From a virus: 52,616 bases of DNA. Shown piece by piece: positions 36,219-43,557 of this stretch. The notes under the pieces are model-generated. The model saw only the letters and a program-made list of their open reading frames with translations, was not told where the DNA came from and searched no databases. The stretch is from the IMG/VR virus record IMGVR_UViG_3300024981_000016; one strand, given 5' to 3'. The first letter of the stretch is position 1, and the number at the start of each line of letters is the position of its first letter. The translations under genes were made by a program, and so were the position numbers.

Positions 36219-36335
36219 TCACCCTGACCAGATCGCCCAGCCCGCAATAGCCGCGATCACCGCCACCAAGCCGGCCCATGCCACCCAAGTGACAGGGCGA
36301 CCTCCGTATTCGGGCGATTTATCGTAGCCGGTCAT
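36219..36335 (-). CDS. Possible 38-aa single-TM protein
   Basis: Hand translation MTGYDKSPEYGGRPVTWVAWAGLVAVIAAIAGWAIWSG. Weak RBS. Confidence 0.3.
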   Translation of the reverse strand: MTGYDKSPEYGGRPVTWVAWAGLVAVIAAIAGWAIWSG

Positions 36336-36364
36336 GCCGGCAATCCAACCACATTTGAAAGGAT

Positions 36365-37168
36365 ATGACCATGGACCGCAACTTTTCGCGGGCGCTTTCG
36401 CTCGTCCTGAAGCATGAGGGCGGATGGTCGGATCATCCGGCCGATCCGGGTGGCGCCACGATGAAGGGCGTTACCCTCGCCAATTTTCGCCGCTTCGTGA
36501 AGCCGGGCGCCACCAAGGACGATCTGCGCAAGATCACCGACGAACAGGTGGCCACTGTCTATCGCCGCCACTATTGGGACGCGGTTGCGGGCGCCGAACT
36601 CCCCGGCGGCATCGACTTCGCCGTCTTCGACTTCGCCGTGAACAGTGGTCCGGATCGAGCGGCGAAGTTCCTCCAGCAGGCGGTTGGCGCGAAAGTCGAC
36701 GGCAAGATTGGCCCGTCCACGCTTGCCGCAACGAAGAAGCTCATGCGCGCCACGGTCATCAACGACCTGTGCGACAAGCGCATGACGTTTCTCAAGGGCC
36801 TGAAGACGTGGCCGACGTTCGGCAAGGGCTGGACCTCCCGCGTCTCGGCGGTGCGCGCCGACGCGCTCAAGATGTCCGTCGAGCCGGATGCGCCGCCGCC
36901 GGTCAAGATCGAAGTTCCCGTCGAGGTGCCGAAGCCGGTCGTTCCTGGGGCGGTCGAAGATCAGGTCAAGAGCAAGACGAGCCTTTGGGGCTGGATCACC
37001 GGCATCTTCGGCTCGGGCGGCGTCGGCCTGGCGGGCTTCCTCGGTGCCGACTGGCAGACCGTGCTGGCGATCGGCGGCCTGGCGCTTGGCTGCCTGATTG
37101 TCGTGCTCCTGCTGCGCCGGCAGATCATCGCCGCCGTGCAGGATATCCGCGGTGCGGTGGAGGGTTGA
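36365..37168 (+). CDS. GH108 lysozyme-type endolysin with PG_binding_3 domain and two C-terminal hydrophobic segments
   Basis: LKHEGGWSDHPADPGGATMKGVT is the GH108 signature and VDGKIGPSTLAA is PG_binding_3-like. C-terminal WGWITGIFGSGGVGLAGFLGA and VLAIGGLALGCLIVVLLL. Confidence 0.85.
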   Translation: MTMDRNFSRALSLVLKHEGGWSDHPADPGGATMKGVTLANFRRFVKPGATKDDLRKITDEQVATVYRRHYWDAVAGAELPGGIDFAVFDFAVNSGPDRAAKFLQQAVGAKVDGKIGPSTLAATKKLMRATVINDLCDKRMTFLKGLKTWPTFGKGWTSRVSAVRADALKMSVEPDAPPPVKIEVPVEVPKPVVPGAVEDQVKSKTSLWGWITGIFGSGGVGLAGFLGADWQTVLAIGGLALGCLIVVLLLRRQIIAAVQDIRGAVEG

Positions 37169-37172
37169 GGCG

Positions 37173-37469
37173 ATGGGCGAGGTCAAGACCGATCCGGTTG
37201 CGGCGCAACGGGTTGACAGCATCATCGATGCTCCCGCCGGGAGCATCAAGTTCTATGACGCTGAGGGCAATTCGCCCTCGGGTTTCCATTTCCAATGTCC
37301 GTGCGGGTGCGGCGATATTGGCGCGGTGAAGGTGGCTGGCGCTGGCGCTTGGACCTTCTGGAACGGATCTCGCGATAAACCGACGGTCCGGGAATCGGTA
37401 GCGCTCAAGACGAATGGCGGGCCGCATTGGCATGGCTATCTGACCGATGGCGTCTGGAGATCATGCTGA
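37173..37469 (+). CDS. Cys-rich small protein in the lysis cassette
   Basis: FQCPCGCGDIG...WTFWNGSRDKPTVRESV. ATG 37173. Confidence 0.6.
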   Translation: MGEVKTDPVAAQRVDSIIDAPAGSIKFYDAEGNSPSGFHFQCPCGCGDIGAVKVAGAGAWTFWNGSRDKPTVRESVALKTNGGPHWHGYLTDGVWRSC

Positions 37470-37744
37470 TGTTCGGACTCCTCGACTGGCTCAAGCTCGG
37501 GGCGGGCGCGGTCGCTGGCGTGCTGCTGGCCGCCGGGCCGCTCTATCTCATCGGCAGGCATGACGGGCATCAACAGGCCGCTGTGGAACGACTGGAGGCC
37601 GATGTCGCCGCATTCGTGAAACGGGAAGGGATCGACCATGAAGTGGACGGCATGGATCGCTATCGCATCTGCCTTGACCTTGGCGGGCTGCCAGACCAGT
37701 GCGAGCAATTGCGCCGGCTGGCGACAGCCGCCGAAGGCGAATGA
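37463..37744 (+). CDS. i-spanin (Rz-like)
   Basis: N-terminal TM segment GAGAVAGVLLAAGPLYLI followed by a charged periplasmic region. Contains the start of a lipoprotein ORF in another frame. Confidence 0.6.
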   Translation: MLMFGLLDWLKLGAGAVAGVLLAAGPLYLIGRHDGHQQAAVERLEADVAAFVKREGIDHEVDGMDRYRICLDLGGLPDQCEQLRRLATAAEGE

Positions 37745-37835
37745 TCCCGTGAGCCTCGTGCAGCGTGAGGAGACGATCTCCCGCTACCTCGTCGCCACCG
37801 ATCGCTTCGGCCGAGCACGGGGGTGCTGGAAATGA
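37638..37835 (+). CDS. o-spanin (Rz1-like lipoprotein), overlapping architecture
   Basis: Signal peptide plus lipobox MKWTAWIAIASALTLAGC. Starts inside the i-spanin gene in the +1 frame. Confidence 0.65.
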   Translation: MKWTAWIAIASALTLAGCQTSASNCAGWRQPPKANDPVSLVQREETISRYLVATDRFGRARGCWK

Positions 37836-38194
37836 CCCGCGAATCCATGGCCGAACGGCAAGTGCGCCTTGAAGAACAGATCAAGGCTATGGTCGCATCG
37901 CTGGCCGTGCTCACTCAGCAGGGCCATGAGGCCGCCGAAAGCCGGCGCCGCGGCTATGAGGCGGCCGAGGCGATGCGGCTTGAAATCCTCGGTATCAAGC
38001 ACCGGCTCGATGGGCTCGAAAAGTCGGTTGACGGCATCCGGCCTACCACGGCCGAGCTGGAGCGCGTCAGAGATCGCGTGATGTTCGCCGGCAGGCTGGG
38101 ACAGATGATGTGGGGTGTCGGCAAAGCGCTTCTGGCAGCGGCCGCCGGCGCGGCCGGATACTGGTATGCGATGACGGGTCGGCCGCCGCCGTGA
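37832..38194 (+). CDS. Coiled-coil protein with C-terminal TM anchor
   Basis: ATGA overlap at 37832. C-terminal MMWGVGKALLAAAAGAAGYWYAM. Confidence 0.6.
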   Translation: MTRESMAERQVRLEEQIKAMVASLAVLTQQGHEAAESRRRGYEAAEAMRLEILGIKHRLDGLEKSVDGIRPTTAELERVRDRVMFAGRLGQMMWGVGKALLAAAAGAAGYWYAMTGRPPP

Positions 38195-38299
38195 AGTCGT
38201 CCGTCTGGCCCTCTACATGATCAGCCCTGGCCGAGGCGCCCGCCCGCTCCCATGGTAGCGTGATCGCGCGGCGGACCTTACGGCCGCATCTTAGGCAAC

Positions 38300-38339
38300 G
38301 GCCCGCTCCGGTTCGCCGGGGTGGGCTTCTTTGCGTTTT
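38300..38339 (+). terminator. Rho-independent terminator ending the late/lysis operon
   Basis: 12-bp stem GGCCCGCTCCGG / CCGGGGTGGGCT (three G-U pairs), TTCG tetraloop, then TCTTTGCGTTTT. Confidence 0.8.
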
Positions 38340-38405
38340 CGGACTCCCCTTCGGCGCGTCGAATCCTAGAATCGCTCCCATCAGGTAGCGTCTCAGGAGT
38401 GCGTC

Positions 38406-38666
38406 ATGGTCGCGGATCGAGGATGGTGGGACAGGCCGGTGCGTGTCCTGGTCGACGGGGTATCGACCGTCTCCAATGTCAGCAATACGGTGCAGGCGGC
38501 ACGGTTGTTGGCCGAAGGCTGGCCCGGCGCCAGCGGGCCGAAGCTCCGGGCAGCGCGCAGGGCGGTCCTCAAGGCGATGCAGAGCCACATGGATGCCAAG
38601 GCGCGCGCTCGGGCGCGAGATGCCTTCGAGGCTGCGGCGAGGGAGGCCGGGATATCGGTCGATTGA
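38406..38666 (+). CDS. DUF982-like small protein
   Basis: VSNTVQAARLLAEGWPGASGPKLRAARRAVLKAM...ARDAFEAAAREAGI matches the DUF982 pattern common in Rhizobiales. GGAG upstream of the ATG. Confidence 0.6.
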   Translation: MVADRGWWDRPVRVLVDGVSTVSNVSNTVQAARLLAEGWPGASGPKLRAARRAVLKAMQSHMDAKARARARDAFEAAAREAGISVD

Positions 38667-38675
38667 GGCGGCGGC

Positions 38676-39053
38676 TCATAGTAGCGCAGCGTCTCTCAGC
38701 GTCTTCCAGATTGGCCAGTCGACCGCCTTTGCATTGCGGGCCAGTAGATCGCGGCCGCGATTGGGATTGATGCCGATGGACCGCCATGCGGCTGCGTGGC
38801 CGACACCTCCGAGGCGTTGCGATAGGGTCTCCAGCAGGATCGCAACCAAGTCGGTCGGTGGTGGCATGTCCGCCATGACAATGGCGTAAATCTGATCGCG
38901 CACCGTTGCGGCGTCATGGATGGCGGGATGGTCTGCGTGATCACCGGTCAGCACATCTGATCGTAGTGCTGCAAGCGCGGCTCCATTTATCGACGTGTGC
39001 TCATCGCCGCGAAGCTCACGGATGACAAGCGCCTGCGCCAAAAGGGAGGTCAT
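38676..39053 (-). CDS. Accessory operon gene 4: hypothetical, possible C-terminal HTH
   Basis: ORF track. ATGA overlap with gene 3. Contains ...AAWRSIGINPNRGRDLLARNAKAVDW... Confidence 0.6.
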   Translation of the reverse strand: MTSLLAQALVIRELRGDEHTSINGAALAALRSDVLTGDHADHPAIHDAATVRDQIYAIVMADMPPPTDLVAILLETLSQRLGGVGHAAAWRSIGINPNRGRDLLARNAKAVDWPIWKTLRDAALL

Positions 39054-39670
39054 ATTATTCTCTCCTTTTTGAGTGCGTCGCGGACCATCGTCTGCATTGT
39101 CACGCCTCGCTTAGCGGCCGATGCCTTGAGCCTGGCATGCTCCTCGGCTGCCATCTTTATCATGACGACTGACTGCCTTGAGCTACCGCCGCCATTTTTC
39201 GACAGGCACTTTTGCTCCGTAGGCAGTCGGATACGCCCGTCATCAAAAACTAGATCCACCTGCTCCATAGTCAGCGCAGCGACTGGCATCTCCCGCTCCA
39301 TGGGAGAGCCGTCATCATCGTGATCGATGACAAGGACTCGCTCCCCGTGCGCGAGCGAAAGCTGACGATCCACCGGAAGCTGCATGATCTTGGCAAGCAG
39401 TCGCTTGCGGCCTGCGAAAGCCACCACCGCTTCGGCGGCAAGGTGTCCGGCCGCGATCAGCGGCACGTATACGCCCAGCCCGGTGCGAAGGTCAGACAGG
39501 TCTTCGCCGCGTTGCTCCAGTTCTTTCCAGACGGCCGCGAGATACATCAGCGAATCCGCCGTGATGGTGAGAGCGCGCGCCAGTTCTTCCCGCAAGTCCG
39601 GTGTCGGCATGGCCACGAGCTTTTCGTAGGCGGCGGACATGACGTTGACCTTGGACACGATTTCACTCAT
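39050..39670 (-). CDS. Accessory operon gene 3: hypothetical with an RHH-like C-terminus
   Basis: C-terminal VVMIKMAAEEHARLKASAAKRGVTMQTMVRDAL. Confidence 0.6.
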   Translation of the reverse strand: MSEIVSKVNVMSAAYEKLVAMPTPDLREELARALTITADSLMYLAAVWKELEQRGEDLSDLRTGLGVYVPLIAAGHLAAEAVVAFAGRKRLLAKIMQLPVDRQLSLAHGERVLVIDHDDDGSPMEREMPVAALTMEQVDLVFDDGRIRLPTEQKCLSKNGGGSSRQSVVMIKMAAEEHARLKASAAKRGVTMQTMVRDALKKERII

Positions 39671-40382
39671 TCTTCAGCCTCTCTTTCAGCCTCTCTCCCA
39701 GGGCGACAAGATCGGAAAGGCTACGCAGGCGCTCCCACTCCCTGCGCCTTTCCTTTAGCTGCGTCCTGTCTGCATCATCCATCGATGCGCGGTGCTGCCT
39801 GGCCCACTCCGCCTGGTAGCCCCGCTGCCTTTCCCGCCGCATCGCCAGCCATTCTGCATAAGCAACTGGGTCGGCCCGGAGGGCTTGGCGCCGCGCCCGT
39901 TGATACTCACGATCATAGGTCCGACGCGCCTCAGTGGCATCGGCATCTGTCCTGACCTTTTCCCGCAGGCGAGTATTGGCCTCCCGCCGCCTCGCCCTTA
40001 CTGCGTCCGGGTTGCGCTCGAAATCGGCATGGGCGCGGCGCTGGTTAAAGCCCGGAATCGTCGCGACTTTCTTATAGTAGCTTTCACGATACATCCGGCG
40101 CTTGGCCTCCAGGCTGCATTCGCCATCATGTCGCCTCTGATTGGGGTTGGTCCGCTCGAAAGGCTTGCCGCAGATATCGCAGATCGGCCGCGAGCACAGG
40201 GAGCAGGCGCGCACCCCTCTTTTCCCGCTTAGCGCTTTTTGGGGATAGGTTTCCTCACGCCCGCAGTCGCAGCGAGCGCGCCACGACCACATGTAGCGAC
40301 CGGCGAAACGAATACGCTCCGCCCGCTCAATCACCGTCAGGCCGCCAAAACGGCGGCCCGTAATGTCGCTTGCGGTGGCCAT
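39663..40382 (-). CDS. Accessory operon gene 2: Cys-cluster (zinc-ribbon-like) N-domain plus long Arg/Glu-rich helical tail
   Basis: ITGRRFGGLTVIERA...WRARCDCG...CSLCSRPICDICG, then R/E/A-rich repeats. Confidence 0.6.
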   Translation of the reverse strand: MATASDITGRRFGGLTVIERAERIRFAGRYMWSWRARCDCGREETYPQKALSGKRGVRACSLCSRPICDICGKPFERTNPNQRRHDGECSLEAKRRMYRESYYKKVATIPGFNQRRAHADFERNPDAVRARRREANTRLREKVRTDADATEARRTYDREYQRARRQALRADPVAYAEWLAMRRERQRGYQAEWARQHRASMDDADRTQLKERRREWERLRSLSDLVALGERLKERLKNE

Positions 40383-40579
40383 CAGGAGACGACTGGATCG
40401 ATGATCCAGATGCCCCTGCCATCGGGCTCATAGCCCTGGACGCTAGGGCCGTCCTCTGCATCGTAAAAGTCGATGTTATGGGCCTCGGTCGCGCCGATCA
40501 GCGCCAAAGCCTCGGCTTCGGTGGCGGCCTCGCCAATGATCTCACCGGCGAACAGGGCTACATAATGGGAAGTGGTCAT
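40382..40579 (-). CDS. Accessory operon gene 1: small acidic protein (65 aa)
   Basis: ATG 40579 with GAGGAG 7 nt upstream (ORF track 40382..40597). Confidence 0.6.
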   Translation of the reverse strand: MTTSHYVALFAGEIIGEAATEAEALALIGATEAHNIDFYDAEDGPSVQGYEPDGRGIWIIDPVVS

Positions 40580-40629
40580 TTCTGTCTCCTCTGACAATCG
40601 GCCTGCGATTTCCTCGCCGCCATGTTGAA

Positions 40630-40681
40630 AATTTAGTGCGGTATTACCGCATAGTCAAGAGGGAAATGCGGTATTATCGCA
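40630..40681 (-). promoter_or_regulatory. Promoter of the accessory operon with twin 15-bp palindromic operators
   Basis: Minus strand: -35 TTGACT (40658-40653), 17-bp spacer, -10 TAAATT (40635-40630). Perfect palindrome TGCGGTA-T-TACCGCA (40637-40651) fills the spacer. A second copy with one mismatch is at 40667-40681. Confidence 0.6.
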
Positions 40682-40797
40682 TTGAGTTTAAGCTTCAGGG
40701 CATCACAGATGCCGCTCGCCCTCCCTCTGCGCGGTGCTCGGCCAAGGCAAACCTTTTGCGTTTCAGCGGTCAGCCCCCGCTCTATCGATCAGCGTCA

Positions 40798-41136
40798 TCA
40801 GCCGCCTCGACCGCCAGTGTGGACCAATGTCGAATGCCGGCTCCCAACATTCGAATGCGGATATGAGCAGCATCCCAGCCGAAACGAGATGTTTCGATCT
40901 GGCCGACCGGCTTTTCGGCACTCCGAGCAGTGGAAGTAGCCGACGATATCATCGTGCATGCTCGAATGATCCCGGCCGATTCGTTGCGCTAGCCGGTACA
41001 GGTTCACCTCGGACCGGTGGTGACAGCCGAGCGTGTCGCAATAGGCGGTCATTCCGTAGCCAAGTGCCAGCAGCTTCCCGACCGTGTTGAGGCGGAGAGG
41101 ATAGGTGATCTCGGGGAGGGGGAAGACTGGATGCAT
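40798..41136 (-). CDS. Cys/His-rich hypothetical protein next to attP
   Basis: ORF track 40798..41199 with internal ATG 41136. Contains CDTLGCHH...HCSECRKAG. Confidence 0.5.
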   Translation of the reverse strand: MHPVFPLPEITYPLRLNTVGKLLALGYGMTAYCDTLGCHHRSEVNLYRLAQRIGRDHSSMHDDIVGYFHCSECRKAGRPDRNISFRLGCCSYPHSNVGSRHSTLVHTGGRGG

Positions 41137-41159
41137 GGCCTGTGTACGTAGTTCCCTAT

Positions 41160-41174
41160 AGGTTCGCTGAACCT
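41160..41174. repeat. Palindrome AGGTTCGCTGAACCT, left of the attP core
   Basis: Exact reverse complement of 41388-41402. Confidence 0.8.
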
Positions 41175-41280
41175 GCGATTCGGAACACAAAGAGAACATA
41201 ATGCCGGAAACGACGTCATATACAATTTTGCGTAGTGCCCAGTTCCCGGAATTCTACGGTGTTCGGGCAGGGGAGCAATG

Positions 41281-41325
41281 TTGACATCGTAGGGGTCACA
41301 GGTTCAATCCCTGTCACGCCCACCA
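41281..41325 (+). other. attP core: 3' 45 nt of a tRNA-Val(GAC)-like gene, from anticodon loop to CCA
   Basis: TTGACAT (loop, anticodon GAC), CGTAG, GGGTC, T arm ACAGG-TTCAATC-CCTGT, acceptor CACGCCC, A, CCA. The 5' half (expected GGGCGTG...) is absent upstream. Confidence 0.65.
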
Positions 41326-41387
41326 TTCGGTCCTCTGATATCGTTATATAATTTCCGATTTCTGCGAACTTTCACATATTTCCCATG

Positions 41388-41402
41388 AGGTTCAGCGAAC
41401 CT
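41388..41402. repeat. Palindrome AGGTTCAGCGAACCT, right of the attP core, abutting the integrase stop
   Basis: Exact reverse complement of 41160-41174. Confidence 0.8.
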
Positions 41403-42385
41403 CAGACGTTCAAACTGTCGGCCAGCTTGCGCAGATGAGTAGGCGAAAACCGAGCGTAGATGCGCGTCGTCGTCTTAACGTCATCGTGGCCGAGATACTG
41501 AGAAATCTCCCACATGGAATGGCCGTCTTCCGCCAGCCAAACGGCCGCAGAGTGTCGCAGCATGTGCGGGGAGGCATCGTCTCTGCCGATGGCGGCGCCG
41601 GCAGCTTTGAGGCCGCGCTTGATCGACTTTACCGGCCGCCCAGCCCATTCGATGACGAACGGTGTCATCGCTCCGTCCTTAGCCGTCTTGAGCGCATCAT
41701 GGAGGCTGTCGTTCATCGGGACGGTGGCGCGCCCTTTCCGCCGACTGCGATCGAATGGGTTTCGAAGTTGGATTGTCCGCCGCTCGAAATCCACCCGATC
41801 CCACGTCAATTGCATCGCGGCCTCATTCCGCGCCCCGGTCGCAATCATGAGATTGATGGCGAGACGGACGTGCGGAGCATTGGCCGCGTTCAGTAGCCCG
41901 GCCACTTCGCCTCGTGTCAAGTGATCCGATCTCGCTTCAGGCTTCGCAGGACGCTCGATGTCAGGCGCGACATCAATAAGGCCATGTTTTTTTGCCCAAA
42001 GCACTACCATACGAAGGTGCCCCAATTCGGTGTGAATCGTGCCATCCTTGATTCCAGCGGCTCTGCGCTGCTCGATATGAGCCCGGCAATCCGCTATGGA
42101 GACGGCCACGGCCTCGACAGGCCCGAACCGATCCCTCAATGCCTTCCATGTGTGCTTCATAGTGCCAACGACGGCACGGCCGGCCATGTCGGCCTCGTAG
42201 CCTGACCACAGATCGGCTACTGTCTTGCCGCGGGGACGTGTGAGTTCCGCGTATCGAGCCGGGGCGCGGAGGGCTGCTTCCTTTGGATCCGCTGTTCCAA
42301 GGCTATAACGTCGGCGGATTCCGCTGGCGTCGTCCCATGTGACGCAGAATTCTCCCCTGAGCCTTGTGAGCCGCCATTCTGGCAT
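41402..42385 (-). CDS. int: Tyrosine integrase
   Basis: ATGARNEAAMQLTWDRVD, HMLRHSAAVW and LGHDDVKTTTRIYARF fit the R...H-x-x-R...Y catalytic pattern. Start MPEWRLTRLRGEFCVTW at 42385. Confidence 0.9.
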   Translation of the reverse strand: MPEWRLTRLRGEFCVTWDDASGIRRRYSLGTADPKEAALRAPARYAELTRPRGKTVADLWSGYEADMAGRAVVGTMKHTWKALRDRFGPVEAVAVSIADCRAHIEQRRAAGIKDGTIHTELGHLRMVVLWAKKHGLIDVAPDIERPAKPEARSDHLTRGEVAGLLNAANAPHVRLAINLMIATGARNEAAMQLTWDRVDFERRTIQLRNPFDRSRRKGRATVPMNDSLHDALKTAKDGAMTPFVIEWAGRPVKSIKRGLKAAGAAIGRDDASPHMLRHSAAVWLAEDGHSMWEISQYLGHDDVKTTTRIYARFSPTHLRKLADSLNV

Positions 42386-42555
42386 TCGAAAGCCTCCACG
42401 TCCTCGGCACGGATGCGCAACAGCTTCCCGCCTAACCGGAAGGACGGAAGCTCGCCGGACGCTATCATATTGCGCACATGCCGTTCCGAACACTGCCAGC
42501 GCTCGGCAATCTGCGCTGGTGTGTATACGCTGGGGATAAAGGCCGCCCTCGTCAT
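42217..42555 (-). CDS. xis: Excisionase-family (MerR-like) HTH protein
   Basis: YTPAQIAERWQCSERHVRNMIASGELPSFRLGGKLLRIRAEDVEAFE. Its 3' 169 nt overlap int in another frame. Confidence 0.7.
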   Translation of the reverse strand: MTRAAFIPSVYTPAQIAERWQCSERHVRNMIASGELPSFRLGGKLLRIRAEDVEAFECQNGGSQGSGENSASHGTTPAESADVIALEQRIQRKQPSAPRLDTRNSHVPAARQ

Positions 42556-42770
42556 TCGCCATCTCCGAGAGGGCGGGGGCCGACGAGTAATATTCCGCGG
42601 TCATCGTCCCATAGGACGCAGACATCCTCGCCGGCCGCAATACGGCGGTCGCGCTCGGCCAGTGCACGTTCGGCCGCCGAGGCCGAACCGATGATGCGTG
42701 CCACGGCCTTGAGAAAATCGTCGGACACGGGCTGTGCCCTCACCGCCTCCGTGCGCTCACCTTCCATCAT
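42552..42770 (-). CDS. Hypothetical protein
   Basis: ORF track, ATGA coupling. Confidence 0.55.
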   Translation of the reverse strand: MMEGERTEAVRAQPVSDDFLKAVARIIGSASAAERALAERDRRIAAGEDVCVLWDDDRGILLVGPRPLGDGE

Positions 42771-42972
42771 CGCGCCCCTGTGCGGAGAGGGATGATTGCG
42801 CTATAGATTGACAATCCGGGCATTGCTCGAAATCAACAATCCCATGCTCGCACCGTGCCGTCATGCCACGAACCCATGATGCTCGTTGCGCATCGTCGTG
42901 CGCCTTCTTCTCTTGCGGCGTCATATCGGCATAAGCCCGCTTCGCGCGCTCCATCATTTCTGAGAGGGTCAA
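42757..42972 (-). CDS. Hypothetical protein
   Basis: ORF track, operon context. Confidence 0.55.
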   Translation of the reverse strand: MTLSEMMERAKRAYADMTPQEKKAHDDAQRASWVRGMTARCEHGIVDFEQCPDCQSIAQSSLSAQGRDDGR

Positions 42973-43316
42973 GGCTGCGGCTCCTTCTGGAGGGCGGCAC
43001 GGCCAGCCTTGATGGCCTCTCTACCGGAAGCGTCGTTGTATAAATCGACACCACATCCTGCCGCATTCAGAATGCGCTCCAGAGCCGCCCGCAGTCTGTC
43101 CCGCTCGGCTTCGGCTGCTTCGGCGCGCCTGAACTCGCGAATCTTTTCGTTGGCTTTGTCGGAAACGCGGTTGATCAGATGATCCCGCTCCTTCGTCAGC
43201 GCCTCTACCTGCTCTTGGAGGCGGGCGTAGTCGGAGTAGCGGACCCATGGGCCTTTTGTTGTCGGCACCATACGCGGGTCTTCGTCGGTGCCGATGGCCT
43301 GGAACCGTTCAACCAT
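42969..43316 (-). CDS. Hypothetical coiled-coil protein
   Basis: ORF track, ATGA coupling. Confidence 0.6.
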   Translation of the reverse strand: MVERFQAIGTDEDPRMVPTTKGPWVRYSDYARLQEQVEALTKERDHLINRVSDKANEKIREFRRAEAAEAERDRLRAALERILNAAGCGVDLYNDASGREAIKAGRAALQKEPQP

Positions 43317-43557
43317 CCCGCCCTCCTATCGTCGCATCGATGGCTGCGGCGATTGCCGTGCCAAGTTCAAAGTGCAAGGCATCCTTGGCGTAGGTGCGCC
43401 GCGCGATCTCCGCACACTCTTTCCGGGCGGCTGTATCGCGGGCCAGGAGAGCGCTGGCGACCAATCCAAGTTCATCCTTGCCATAGTCTGTGAGGTAGAA
43501 GCGGCACATCAGCAAGTGCGCCTCCCGCATGATCTCGTCGGGAATCACCTCAACCAT
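43309..43557 (-). CDS. Hypothetical protein
   Basis: ORF track 43309..43641. The internal ATG at 43557 is preceded by GGAGGGAG. Confidence 0.55.
   Translation of the reverse strand: MVEVIPDEIMREAHLLMCRFYLTDYGKDELGLVASALLARDTAARKECAEIARRTYAKDALHFELGTAIAAAIDATIGGRDG

Noticed and set aside
38067-38588. 173-aa minus-strand ORF spanning the late terminator and the DUF982-like gene start
   Set aside because: It runs through a textbook terminator and overlaps two plus-strand features. Its composition is Arg/Pro/Ala-rich, typical of a shadow ORF.
41221-41325. A complete tRNA gene next to the integrase
   Set aside because: Only the 3' 45 nt fold as tRNA. The expected 5' acceptor strand (GGGCGTG), the D arm and the 5' anticodon stem are missing, so I interpret it as an attP core rather than a gene.
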